Positions 56,697 to 64,000 of a stretch of 64,000 bases of DNA are shown here, one piece after another. A model generated the notes under the pieces. The model was not told the origin of the DNA. It did no database searches and saw nothing but the letters and a program-made list of their open reading frames with translations. The translations under genes and the position numbers were made by a program. The stretch lies in assembly GCA_049318265.1 (NCBI GenBank), contig JBMOGR010000014.1, forward strand, positions 1-64,000. The letters are read 5' to 3'. Origin of the DNA: Bacteriovoracaceae bacterium (GTDB lineage: Bacteria > Bdellovibrionota > Bacteriovoracia > Bacteriovoracales > Bacteriovoracaceae). Position 1 is the first letter of the stretch. Each line of letters starts with the position of its first letter.

Positions 56697-58355
56697 TTAA
56701 TCTAAGATTTTTAAGTATTCAGTCTTCTTCGTATTATAGAGCTCTGTTCGTTCTGGGAAATTTCTCGGTGGCTTTAAAAAATCTTTTAAACCTTTTTCTA
56801 GTTCTGGCTTCTTGGCCATTGCATCTCGCGCGATCTGAACATCTTCTAGTCCATCTCTAAGGATTTTAAGTCGAAGTGAAACTAATGGGAATTGTTCCTT
56901 AATGCCACAGAACTCAGGATTACATGGGTAAAAAAGATTACCTTCACCGTATCCTGTAAAGTTAAAATCATCGACCCATGGAGAGTTCCCTTCCTTGGTG
57001 TAGCCGTAGGCACTATCGTAATAAAGAATCCCCTTAGCACCATAATAATAAGCAAGCCAAGGAAAACTTCGAATAAAACTTGAAGGTCTATCAGTCACAA
57101 AGTCTGGTTCATGATGGTTTTCACCTTCACCACTACAACCATGGGCATTGCAACTAGTGTAGAACCATAACTGTTCCTTCGAATTTGTTTTTAATCTCTT
57201 TTGATAAAATTGAGGTGTAGGGTTAGGCATTTTGTCCCATTGACTGTAGCTCACACACCACCAGTCTACTAAATTGGCTAAAATAGAGCTGAAATGATGG
57301 GTCACAAGAAATTTTAGATCTGGGGCAACATCTCGAATTTTTTTTAAGTTCTGTTTTATTTTGATGAACTGTTCTTTTTTTGGTTCATCGATGAAATAGA
57401 CAAAAGTGTTTTCGCTTAAATCATTTTTTTTGACTGATTGTTCTAGGGCTTTCCAGTATTCCAAGGCTTTACTATCAACAGTTGTCTTGTATTCTTCTGG
57501 TATAGGTAAGTCTGTGAGACTCCATTTGAAAGCATGGACAGAATCACGTCCCTGATAAAGGTTCATCCAATAATCAAAAAATGATTCATGCTCATCATGA
57601 TATTTTAAAAGATCTGAAGTTGATTTTTTATTAAAAGGGGGAAAGCGGTAGTAGATTTTATGAAGATCAATTCTATGATCACTGGCGAGATCAAAGTACT
57701 TTTGGTAGAGTTCTCTTTCACCAGAGTGCCATTCTCCGTAGTGCTTTTTAAGAACAGGCCAAGTGGCAAATCCAATAGAGGTTTTTAAATCAAATCGACT
57801 CGGAAGAGCATAGCTATAAACTTTTAGGCTTATAGGTATAAGGTATTTTTTACCTTGAAGTTTAAAATGAAAATTACCTTTGTACTCACCAGAATTAGTA
57901 GAAGCTAAAGTAAAAAATTCCAATAAGTACCAGGGTGTTCGTGGGTAGTTACTTTTTGGTATATGAAAACCCTTCTGATTTAATAAATGCATGGGCACCA
58001 CTATTTCGGGGACCTCACTTATCCCAGATTTCATATAGGATGATTTGTTTAATAAATGAACACCTAATAATGAAGCTTTCCAGTTGATTTTAGGATCTGC
58101 TTTTTCCCATTTTAATTCCATCTCAGAAAGGGCCATTAGTTCCTGGCTTGAATCAATTTTGGGTAGATGAAACAAGGCGATCTCAAATTCATTGCGGGCC
58201 ATGGAAAGATTGAGCCCTGATTCAGAAGCAATTGGAAAATGTCGTAGATTTTTCTCTCCATTGCCCCAAACTTCTAAGTCACTTGCCTTCGTTATTTCTG
58301 GAATTAAGAGTGGGATAAATAGGTAAATCAAAAATGCGCTTTTTAATATATTCAT
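56697..58355 (-). CDS. secreted glycoside-hydrolase-like protein (DUF4091-like), embedded in the polysaccharide locus
   Basis: Signal peptide at the internal Met MNILKSAFLIYLFIPLL (track ORF to 58550). Aromatic-rich; GEGNLFYP. Family assignment tentative. Confidence 0.4.
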   Translation of the reverse strand: MNILKSAFLIYLFIPLLIPEITKASDLEVWGNGEKNLRHFPIASESGLNLSMARNEFEIALFHLPKIDSSQELMALSEMELKWEKADPKINWKASLLGVHLLNKSSYMKSGISEVPEIVVPMHLLNQKGFHIPKSNYPRTPWYLLEFFTLASTNSGEYKGNFHFKLQGKKYLIPISLKVYSYALPSRFDLKTSIGFATWPVLKKHYGEWHSGERELYQKYFDLASDHRIDLHKIYYRFPPFNKKSTSDLLKYHDEHESFFDYWMNLYQGRDSVHAFKWSLTDLPIPEEYKTTVDSKALEYWKALEQSVKKNDLSENTFVYFIDEPKKEQFIKIKQNLKKIRDVAPDLKFLVTHHFSSILANLVDWWCVSYSQWDKMPNPTPQFYQKRLKTNSKEQLWFYTSCNAHGCSGEGENHHEPDFVTDRPSSFIRSFPWLAYYYGAKGILYYDSAYGYTKEGNSPWVDDFNFTGYGEGNLFYPCNPEFCGIKEQFPLVSLRLKILRDGLEDVQIARDAMAKKPELEKGLKDFLKPPRNFPERTELYNTKKTEYLKILD

Positions 58356-58458
58356 GTCCTTAGTATTATAGCAAAAAATTGGTTTTTCTGTATTTTTTAC
58401 AAGGAGCCTTTTCAGGGGCAAGTTACTTAAGCTATTTTGCAACAAACTGGAGTACTTT

Positions 58459-58941
58459 ATGAGATTTTTCATTTTAATCATCGCTATGCTTTTTTCGATT
58501 TCAAGCCAAGCAACCAATACAAAAGAAGCTTGTAATGGAGCTAAAGGCAAAAAGCATGTTCTCGGTGGAGGATTTGTAGCGATAACGGCTTTTGTAGAAA
58601 ATACCGTTATGGTTGATAAAAACGCTCAGGTCTGCGACCACGCAGTGGTTAGAGGAGAAAGTAGAATTCTTGATTTTGCGATTGTTGGTGGAAACGCACA
58701 TTTAGATTGGAGCCCAACAATAAGTGGACAGGCCATCATTCTGGGAAATGCTCAAATTGGAGGGCAAGCCCTAGTGACTAATCAAGCTTATGTCGTTCAA
58801 GATGCTCAAGTTGGTGGCAATGCTCAAATTTATGGGCGTGCAATTATTGGTGGAAATGCACGTATTGAAGGCACAGCCAAGATTGGTGGGAATCGAATTA
58901 TTGGTGGCGACCGCGTAATTGAAGAAGGCGTTCTTGAATAA
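58459..58941 (+). CDS. secreted beta-helix repeat protein (bactofilin-like GGNAxIxG repeats)
   Basis: Signal peptide MRFFILIIAMLFSISSQA, then about 8 tandem repeats of approximately 12 aa (IVGGNAHL, ILGNAQIGGQALV, VGGNAQIYGRAIIGGNARIEGTAKIGGNRIIGG). Confidence 0.5.
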   Translation: MRFFILIIAMLFSISSQATNTKEACNGAKGKKHVLGGGFVAITAFVENTVMVDKNAQVCDHAVVRGESRILDFAIVGGNAHLDWSPTISGQAIILGNAQIGGQALVTNQAYVVQDAQVGGNAQIYGRAIIGGNARIEGTAKIGGNRIIGGDRVIEEGVLE

Positions 58942-60121
58942 TTTTTAAAACTCTCATTGATACTAAATTAAAATCAAGTTCACTTTTAACTTTTTCATAA
59001 GCAAGTAAACCCATCTTAGCCAGATCTTCCTGTTTACAATTTCTAATTTGCTCTATCCATTCCTCCTTATTTTCTGCGGCCAAATAATATTGATTCTGAT
59101 TGTTGTCTACTAAGGGTGAACCCTGAATTCCCATGGCCGTGGATAAACAAGCACGTGTATAGAGTGATGCTTCTAAAACTTTAATTCTTGTCCCAGATCC
59201 ATAAAAAATGGGGACGAGAACGATATGAGCTTTTTCAAAATGGCTTTTAAGTTCTGGAACTTTACCCAAAAAATGGATTTTCTCATCGATCATCATCGCT
59301 TCAAGGTTTCCAGGGTGACCACTTCCAGCAATTGATAATAACACAGGAAGCTTCTTAATCTCAGGCCAAACTTCTTTTAAAAACCAAACCAGTCCATCAC
59401 GATTCGGCCCCCAGTCCAAACGACCAAGAAAAAATAGCTGGAGAGTAGAATCATTTTTAAATTCTGTTGGAGGGGGAAAAATCATGGCCATCGGTATAGT
59501 TTCGACAAAGGCATCGGGAAGTGCCTTTAAAAAAGTTTTTTTATCTTCTTCCGCAATAGTCAATGTCATACAGGCTTTTTTTATAATACTAAGCTCGTGA
59601 TTTTTTACTAAGAACTCTTGGTATTTTAAAAAAAATCTTAGAAATGGATTTTTTTCTTCCAAAGCTCTTTTTTCCCATAATTCGTATTCAACATTATCTG
59701 AGCGGTAGAGAAAAGGAATTTTGATCGCCATTGAAAGTAGTGGGGTTGCTGCATGAGGAGTTATGGCGATGATTAAATCAAATGAATCTGAGTTAAGTTT
59801 GCTTAGAACAAATTTTAGAAGATCTTTTTTAAAAAAAGATTGATAGGTTACAGGCAAATGAGGCTTAGTTATGAAATTTATCGTAAGATCAAACAATTTC
59901 TTGAAACCAGTATTGACTTTTCTTTGGTAGAAAAAAACTTCCTTCACACCACTTTCAGTTTGAAATGATTTAACATTTTTTTGACTATCTAAATCGCTAA
60001 TGCACATGACTTTAACACTGACTCCTACAGTTGTGAGTCCTTGTATAAACTGGAAGTTCGCCTTACTCGCTCCATCAGTCGTTGGGTAAGGAACTCTTGG
60101 GAGAAGTAATAAAATGTTCAT
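58898..60121 (-). CDS. family-1 (GT4-like) glycosyltransferase
   Basis: C-terminal GT1 signature region (AGSGHPGN...HIVLVPIFYGSGTRIKVLEA). Confidence 0.65.
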   Translation of the reverse strand: MNILLLLPRVPYPTTDGASKANFQFIQGLTTVGVSVKVMCISDLDSQKNVKSFQTESGVKEVFFYQRKVNTGFKKLFDLTINFITKPHLPVTYQSFFKKDLLKFVLSKLNSDSFDLIIAITPHAATPLLSMAIKIPFLYRSDNVEYELWEKRALEEKNPFLRFFLKYQEFLVKNHELSIIKKACMTLTIAEEDKKTFLKALPDAFVETIPMAMIFPPPTEFKNDSTLQLFFLGRLDWGPNRDGLVWFLKEVWPEIKKLPVLLSIAGSGHPGNLEAMMIDEKIHFLGKVPELKSHFEKAHIVLVPIFYGSGTRIKVLEASLYTRACLSTAMGIQGSPLVDNNQNQYYLAAENKEEWIEQIRNCKQEDLAKMGLLAYEKVKSELDFNLVSMRVLKIIQERLLQLRGRHQ

Positions 60122-61602
60122 GCTGCTTTCGCCTCAGGGTGATCCGAATTATTTTCAATGAATATTCTATGCCCGACACTGACCAAAGCAAAAAGGATAT
60201 AAGGGTAAATGACATAGGCATGGGAAAGAAAAGTCATGGTAACGGTATATCCAATAAGTGAAAAGAAAAGTTCAGGATGATCTTTTCGAAGAGCAATACT
60301 TTTTCTCAAAATGACAAAATAGAGACTAAAAAAAAGCCCAAATCCTATAAAACCAGTCTCGCCTAAAATGAGAAACCAAGTTGAGTGAGCAGTACGATAA
60401 CCAAATTCACTGATAAGTTCAGGAGCATAGCTTTCAAAATTTTCCGGATAGGCATTATAACCAACTCCTAGAAATGGATTTCTCCCTGCCATGATAACAG
60501 CAGTTTTCCAGTAGTTCATTCTGTTGCTAGTTGATTCACTTAAATCATCACTTGATCTTTTAAATGTCATTGATATAGGAAAGAAAAGCATTCCAATCAA
60601 CAAAATGGTAATAATTTTGTTACTTTTCTTTTTAATTTTATCCAGTAAGAAAGAACTGAATAATGCTAATAAAGCAATAATCGCTCCACGAGATCTCGTC
60701 AGCCAAATAAGATAAGTGGAAAAAAATAAGGCCATAGCTCCTAAAGTCAGATTATAAATATTCTTTTTTCCACTCCAAAAAAGCGAAAGGAGAAGTGGTA
60801 GTGAAATAATAAAGACTGCCGCTAAATCATTAGAGTCTGCCAAAGCTCCTACACCCGTAAGCCTGGTAGCAACTGCTTCAGCACCGTCGGCGATACTATA
60901 AGTACTGCTTGACATGGTATTCAATATGGAAACAATACCTTTGGTCACGACGGTTATTACAAGAGTGATATGGATCGTTAGAAAATCCAATCTTGTTTTG
61001 ATTAGGTTTAGCATCAGAAAAAAGATGATGAGAAGTCGTGTGAATTGATTTTCATAGAGAGTAAGCGATTCATTAAAATTATTTGTTTTGAAGACTGAAA
61101 AGAGCACCCATAAGGCAAATAGAATCATAAAGGTGCATTCTTTATTCCAAATAAAAAAATACTCGCTTCGACGAAATTTTTTAAGAATAAATAAACCAAA
61201 GACTAAAAGACCAAAATATTTTGGAATAGCCAATACAATTGGCTCTGGCATCATTTCCCACGGCCGATAAAGAAGAAAGGAGATAAAGCTTGCCAGTCCA
61301 AAGATGGGACGAAAATAAGTAAGGAGAATTGCGGCTGACAAAGAGAAAGCAAAAAGAAAGCGTTCGATTCCCCATGTATAAGTTAAAAAACCAACGATAA
61401 TTAAAGAACCAAAGATCATGACAGAGGTCCAAGGCGAAAACAATTCCTCGTAAGATTGTTCATCTACACGAAGCATTGTCCTAAACATCATGAGCATAAA
61501 AATCATGGAAATAGTTAACCCAATTTCTTGAATAAGAAGAAATTGAGGAATGAGGGGAGAGTCTACAAACTCAATGGCAGTATCAAGGGTAACACTGTTC
61601 AC
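60118..61602 (-). CDS. O-antigen ligase / Wzy-like polymerase family membrane protein
   Basis: Ten or more TM helices with a large periplasmic loop. Sits in polysaccharide locus context. Confidence 0.5.
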   Translation of the reverse strand: MNSVTLDTAIEFVDSPLIPQFLLIQEIGLTISMIFMLMMFRTMLRVDEQSYEELFSPWTSVMIFGSLIIVGFLTYTWGIERFLFAFSLSAAILLTYFRPIFGLASFISFLLYRPWEMMPEPIVLAIPKYFGLLVFGLFILKKFRRSEYFFIWNKECTFMILFALWVLFSVFKTNNFNESLTLYENQFTRLLIIFFLMLNLIKTRLDFLTIHITLVITVVTKGIVSILNTMSSSTYSIADGAEAVATRLTGVGALADSNDLAAVFIISLPLLLSLFWSGKKNIYNLTLGAMALFFSTYLIWLTRSRGAIIALLALFSSFLLDKIKKKSNKIITILLIGMLFFPISMTFKRSSDDLSESTSNRMNYWKTAVIMAGRNPFLGVGYNAYPENFESYAPELISEFGYRTAHSTWFLILGETGFIGFGLFFSLYFVILRKSIALRKDHPELFFSLIGYTVTMTFLSHAYVIYPYILFALVSVGHRIFIENNSDHPEAKAA

Positions 61603-62786
61603 TGGGTAATTTCTCTATTACTCTTTGTTTTAATGTTTTTGCTTTGAATTTTATTATCAATTTGAAGTGAAAGCACTTCAACATCAAGTTGTGGTAATTT
61701 ACCAAGGTAGGGAACTCCAAGACCTTTAGCCACCTTTTCGTGAACTCCCAATCCTCGTCCTAAAATAAATTCTTCAACTAAAATAATTAACGCTGATAAT
61801 ACAATCCCAACTAATAATCCAAAGACCATGAATAGCATTTTATTGGGAAAAATGGGGCTTGCTGGAACTTGTGGGTGTTGAACAATACCTATATAATCAG
61901 GCATAGTTACATTTTCAAGTTCAGAGATAATATTAAGATAGTTGTATTTGGTCAGTAGATCCTTATTGATTTCTGTTAAAGCATATTTTGAATCACCGCC
62001 AATCACTGGAAATTGATCTTTCTCATTTAAACTAGTATCAACTACTTTTTTACCGGCTTTAATATCGAGTAACCACTTATTAACAATTTGCTCTTTCTCT
62101 TTTAATGCTCTTACTAATGGGTGATTTTGTGAATACTGGCTGGTCAGCGCCTGAATTTCAGCACGTATACCGACTAGTTGTCTGCTTAAAACTTCCGGTT
62201 TAGTAGAAGCCAGAGGACTTGTCACAGAATCTTGAGACATGGCCATAACTTCGATACGTTTTCTAATTGAGTCTTTGATATTTTCAATCATGATCCTGCG
62301 ATGTCTAACCAATCCATCGATCACTCTTTGCATGGTTAAGGTGGCAATATCTTTGGTTACTTGAGGATCAGAATAAGTAAAGTCAACCTGAAAGGACTGA
62401 TGACCTATGGCCGTAACGTGAAAACGATTTCGAAGTATATCACGTTCAGCGTTTCGACGAACTTTCCCTTCAGCAGCATCATAGAGATTGTATTTTTCTG
62501 CGATTTGATCAACAAATTCGTCATCAACTGCCTCAGAGATGAGAGACTGAAGATTATTTTTCATCTCATCAGTATTTTGTAATTCGGCAATGACTTGACC
62601 AATAAGTGGGTTTTTAAAATATTTTGTATAAACATTTATAACTGCCATCGATTTATATTTTTTAGGAATGATAAATGAAGCAAAAAGAAAGAGACTGGTG
62701 GTAATGACTACCAAACCCAAAATTCTCGTACGGCTATTATTGATTAGTTTTAAAATATCATCAAAATAGATTTGCTCATGTTGCAT
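61599..62786 (-). CDS. polysaccharide co-polymerase (Wzz/GumC-like chain-length determinant) with two TM helices
   Basis: TM1 LGLVVITTSLFLFASFII, a long periplasmic coiled-coil domain, and C-terminal TM2 LFMVFGLLVGIVLSALIILV. Confidence 0.65.
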   Translation of the reverse strand: MQHEQIYFDDILKLINNSRTRILGLVVITTSLFLFASFIIPKKYKSMAVINVYTKYFKNPLIGQVIAELQNTDEMKNNLQSLISEAVDDEFVDQIAEKYNLYDAAEGKVRRNAERDILRNRFHVTAIGHQSFQVDFTYSDPQVTKDIATLTMQRVIDGLVRHRRIMIENIKDSIRKRIEVMAMSQDSVTSPLASTKPEVLSRQLVGIRAEIQALTSQYSQNHPLVRALKEKEQIVNKWLLDIKAGKKVVDTSLNEKDQFPVIGGDSKYALTEINKDLLTKYNYLNIISELENVTMPDYIGIVQHPQVPASPIFPNKMLFMVFGLLVGIVLSALIILVEEFILGRGLGVHEKVAKGLGVPYLGKLPQLDVEVLSLQIDNKIQSKNIKTKSNREITQ

Positions 62787-63441
62787 GTTTTACCCCATCG
62801 TTATAAACGACACCAAGGAGATTCAAATGAGAGTCTTTTAAATTTAGCTGAAATTTGTCTAGCTCTTTACGGTTAGAAGTAATTTCAGAAACCACCAGAA
62901 TAGAACTATCACAGCGTCGGGCTATAACTAAGGGGTGTGCATTGTTCTTATTACGAACTCCAAAAGCTGTTGTATCAATAATGACTAGGGCATAATCTTC
63001 TGAATAATCCTTTGCTATGGCATCAATCTGGTATTCTGTAACTTCGCCGCCTTTTTGAGGGAAATCTTTAGTGTAAGCGATATCAAAGTTGTCGAACATG
63101 GTTTTTTTGATGATGGGATCTTGGTTTTTATTAGGAGATAAAAAACTGGAAAAACTATCTTTAGTTGTGCAGGTATCAATTAATAAAACTTTCTTTTGGT
63201 AAAATTTAGAAATGGCTGCTCCAAAAGAAGCTGCAAAAAATGATTTTCCTTCTAACGTAAATTCAGAAAGTATAGCGAGACTTTTAATGTTTTGTTTTTC
63301 TATCAAAGCGTTGACTTGATCTGTTACCTGTTTGATTTCGGAATAATTTATATACTCGCTGATAAATTCTGGAGCACGTTGATTATTGAGATCAAATAGA
63401 TTGGCTTCTTCTTTTTTTTGCTTTTTGAATTTCTCTAACAT
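62776..63441 (-). CDS. BY-kinase-like P-loop ATPase (split from the co-polymerase; lacks a C-terminal Tyr cluster)
   Basis: Walker A-like LEGKS, A' VLLIDTC, Walker B ALVIIDTTAFG. There is no tyrosine-rich C-terminus. Confidence 0.55.
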   Translation of the reverse strand: MLEKFKKQKKEEANLFDLNNQRAPEFISEYINYSEIKQVTDQVNALIEKQNIKSLAILSEFTLEGKSFFAASFGAAISKFYQKKVLLIDTCTTKDSFSSFLSPNKNQDPIIKKTMFDNFDIAYTKDFPQKGGEVTEYQIDAIAKDYSEDYALVIIDTTAFGVRNKNNAHPLVIARRCDSSILVVSEITSNRKELDKFQLNLKDSHLNLLGVVYNDGVKHAT

Positions 63442-63450
63442 CCAAGCTCC

Positions 63451-64000
63451 TTAAAATGCAATAACCAATAAGGCAACGGCAGTAATAACTGTACCTACGT
63501 AACTAACAGCACGTAACACTCTTTCTGTCATAGTTTCATGGTAAGGGTAAAGTGTTAGGACATCACCAGCTAATAGTTTGGGAATGGTCTCAACTTTAGT
63601 TGGATTAAAAACAATAGACTTTTTTACACCATCAATAGTTCGTACAATTTCATATTTCTCCATGTCCACAGTATTATTCTGACCACCGGCTTTCAATACA
63701 TAGTAGTAAAGATCAGCACCTTCAATGTAAGGAATATCATTGGGGCTTCTCACATCTCCAAGTACTTTTATCATTTGTGGTGCCAGGCTTGAAAGACCAC
63801 CGAGTTTTTTGACAAAGACAATATCTCCACCGTGCCAAGGTGGAAAACGTGAAAGGTCACCACTTTTATAATATTGGTTTAGATCGACTTCAATCACAGT
63901 TTGCCCTTGAGTGATTTTTGCCGTCATATACTCTGTTTTAGCTTCAGTCGTCAGTCCACCTGCCATAGCTGCTAGTTCGTCAAATGTAGTGTTGGCATTC
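63451..64000 (-). CDS. wza: polysaccharide export protein Wza-like, C-terminal part (the gene continues beyond the window edge)
   Basis: SLBB-like segments and a terminal amphipathic/TM helix VGTVITAVALLVIAF characteristic of the Wza C-terminus. The N-terminus is outside the window. Confidence 0.55.
   Translation of the reverse strand, partial: NANTTFDELAAMAGGLTTEAKTEYMTAKITQGQTVIEVDLNQYYKSGDLSRFPPWHGGDIVFVKKLGGLSSLAPQMIKVLGDVRSPNDIPYIEGADLYYYVLKAGGQNNTVDMEKYEIVRTIDGVKKSIVFNPTKVETIPKLLAGDVLTLYPYHETMTERVLRAVSYVGTVITAVALLVIAF

Noticed and set aside
58459-58550. Overlap between the 617-aa track ORF (56697..58550) and the plus-strand beta-helix gene.
   Set aside because: The signal peptide begins at the internal Met (58355), which removes the overlap. 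The upstream 65 codons lack any feature and are likely not translated.
1-64000. Searched by eye for CRISPR arrays, tRNA/rRNA genes, IS elements, integrases, and phage or toxin-antitoxin pairs.
   Set aside because: No non-coding stretch exceeds about 270 bp and none shows direct-repeat/spacer periodicity or tRNA-like structure. No ORF has transposase, integrase, nuclease-helicase or small TA-pair features.

Overview
This is a 64 kb, densely coding, low-GC (about 37-38% by eye) chromosomal window with genes on both strands. I found no rRNA or tRNA genes, no CRISPR array, and no transposase, integrase or phage genes. The gene content looks like a Bdellovibrio-like predatory deltaproteobacterium (Bacteriovorax/Halobacteriovorax type), but that is an inference with no database check. 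It rests on the many secreted hydrolases and proteases, a TIGR02147/DUF4423-type HTH paralog, GlcNAc salvage genes and purine catabolism genes.

Recognisable housekeeping and metabolic genes:
- greB, tpx, def, rpsD, rlmM, tsaC/sua5 and a dacB-like carboxypeptidase.
- A six-gene molybdenum-cofactor operon moaD-moaE-moeA-moaA-moaC-mogA at 20.0-23.8 kb.
- A MoeB-rhodanese (MoeZ-like) gene at 38 kb.
- xdhA-xdhB-xdhC (xanthine dehydrogenase) at 40.2-44.8 kb.
- nagB plus a PIG-L deacetylase at 15.1-16.6 kb.
- A polysaccharide (EPS/capsule/O-antigen-like) biosynthesis and export locus at 51.7-64.0 kb. It holds galE, wzx, a GT2, a WbaP-like sugar transferase, a secreted hydrolase-like protein, a GT1, a Wzy/ligase-like gene, a split Wzz plus BY-kinase-like ATPase, and a partial wza at the window edge.

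The most interesting material is an accessory-looking stretch (24.6-37.9 kb) and a few other loci:
- An OlsB-like N-acyltransferase translationally coupled to an arginase.
- A flotillin-family protein with an unusual N-terminal tandem-repeat region.
- A palindromic GTAGC-N9-GCTAC site duplicated on both sides of an HTH (TIGR02147-like) gene.
- A second 19-bp palindrome (CTGTCTAAA-N-TTTAGACAG) present three times in the promoters of two secreted-protein genes.
- A lipoprotein with about 20 Cys in about 80 residues.
- A metallopeptidase/beta-propeller/beta-barrel fusion translationally coupled to an MscS channel gene.
- A 1165-aa GLUG-repeat lipoprotein.

All functional calls come from motif recognition in the translated ORFs; I ran no searches.
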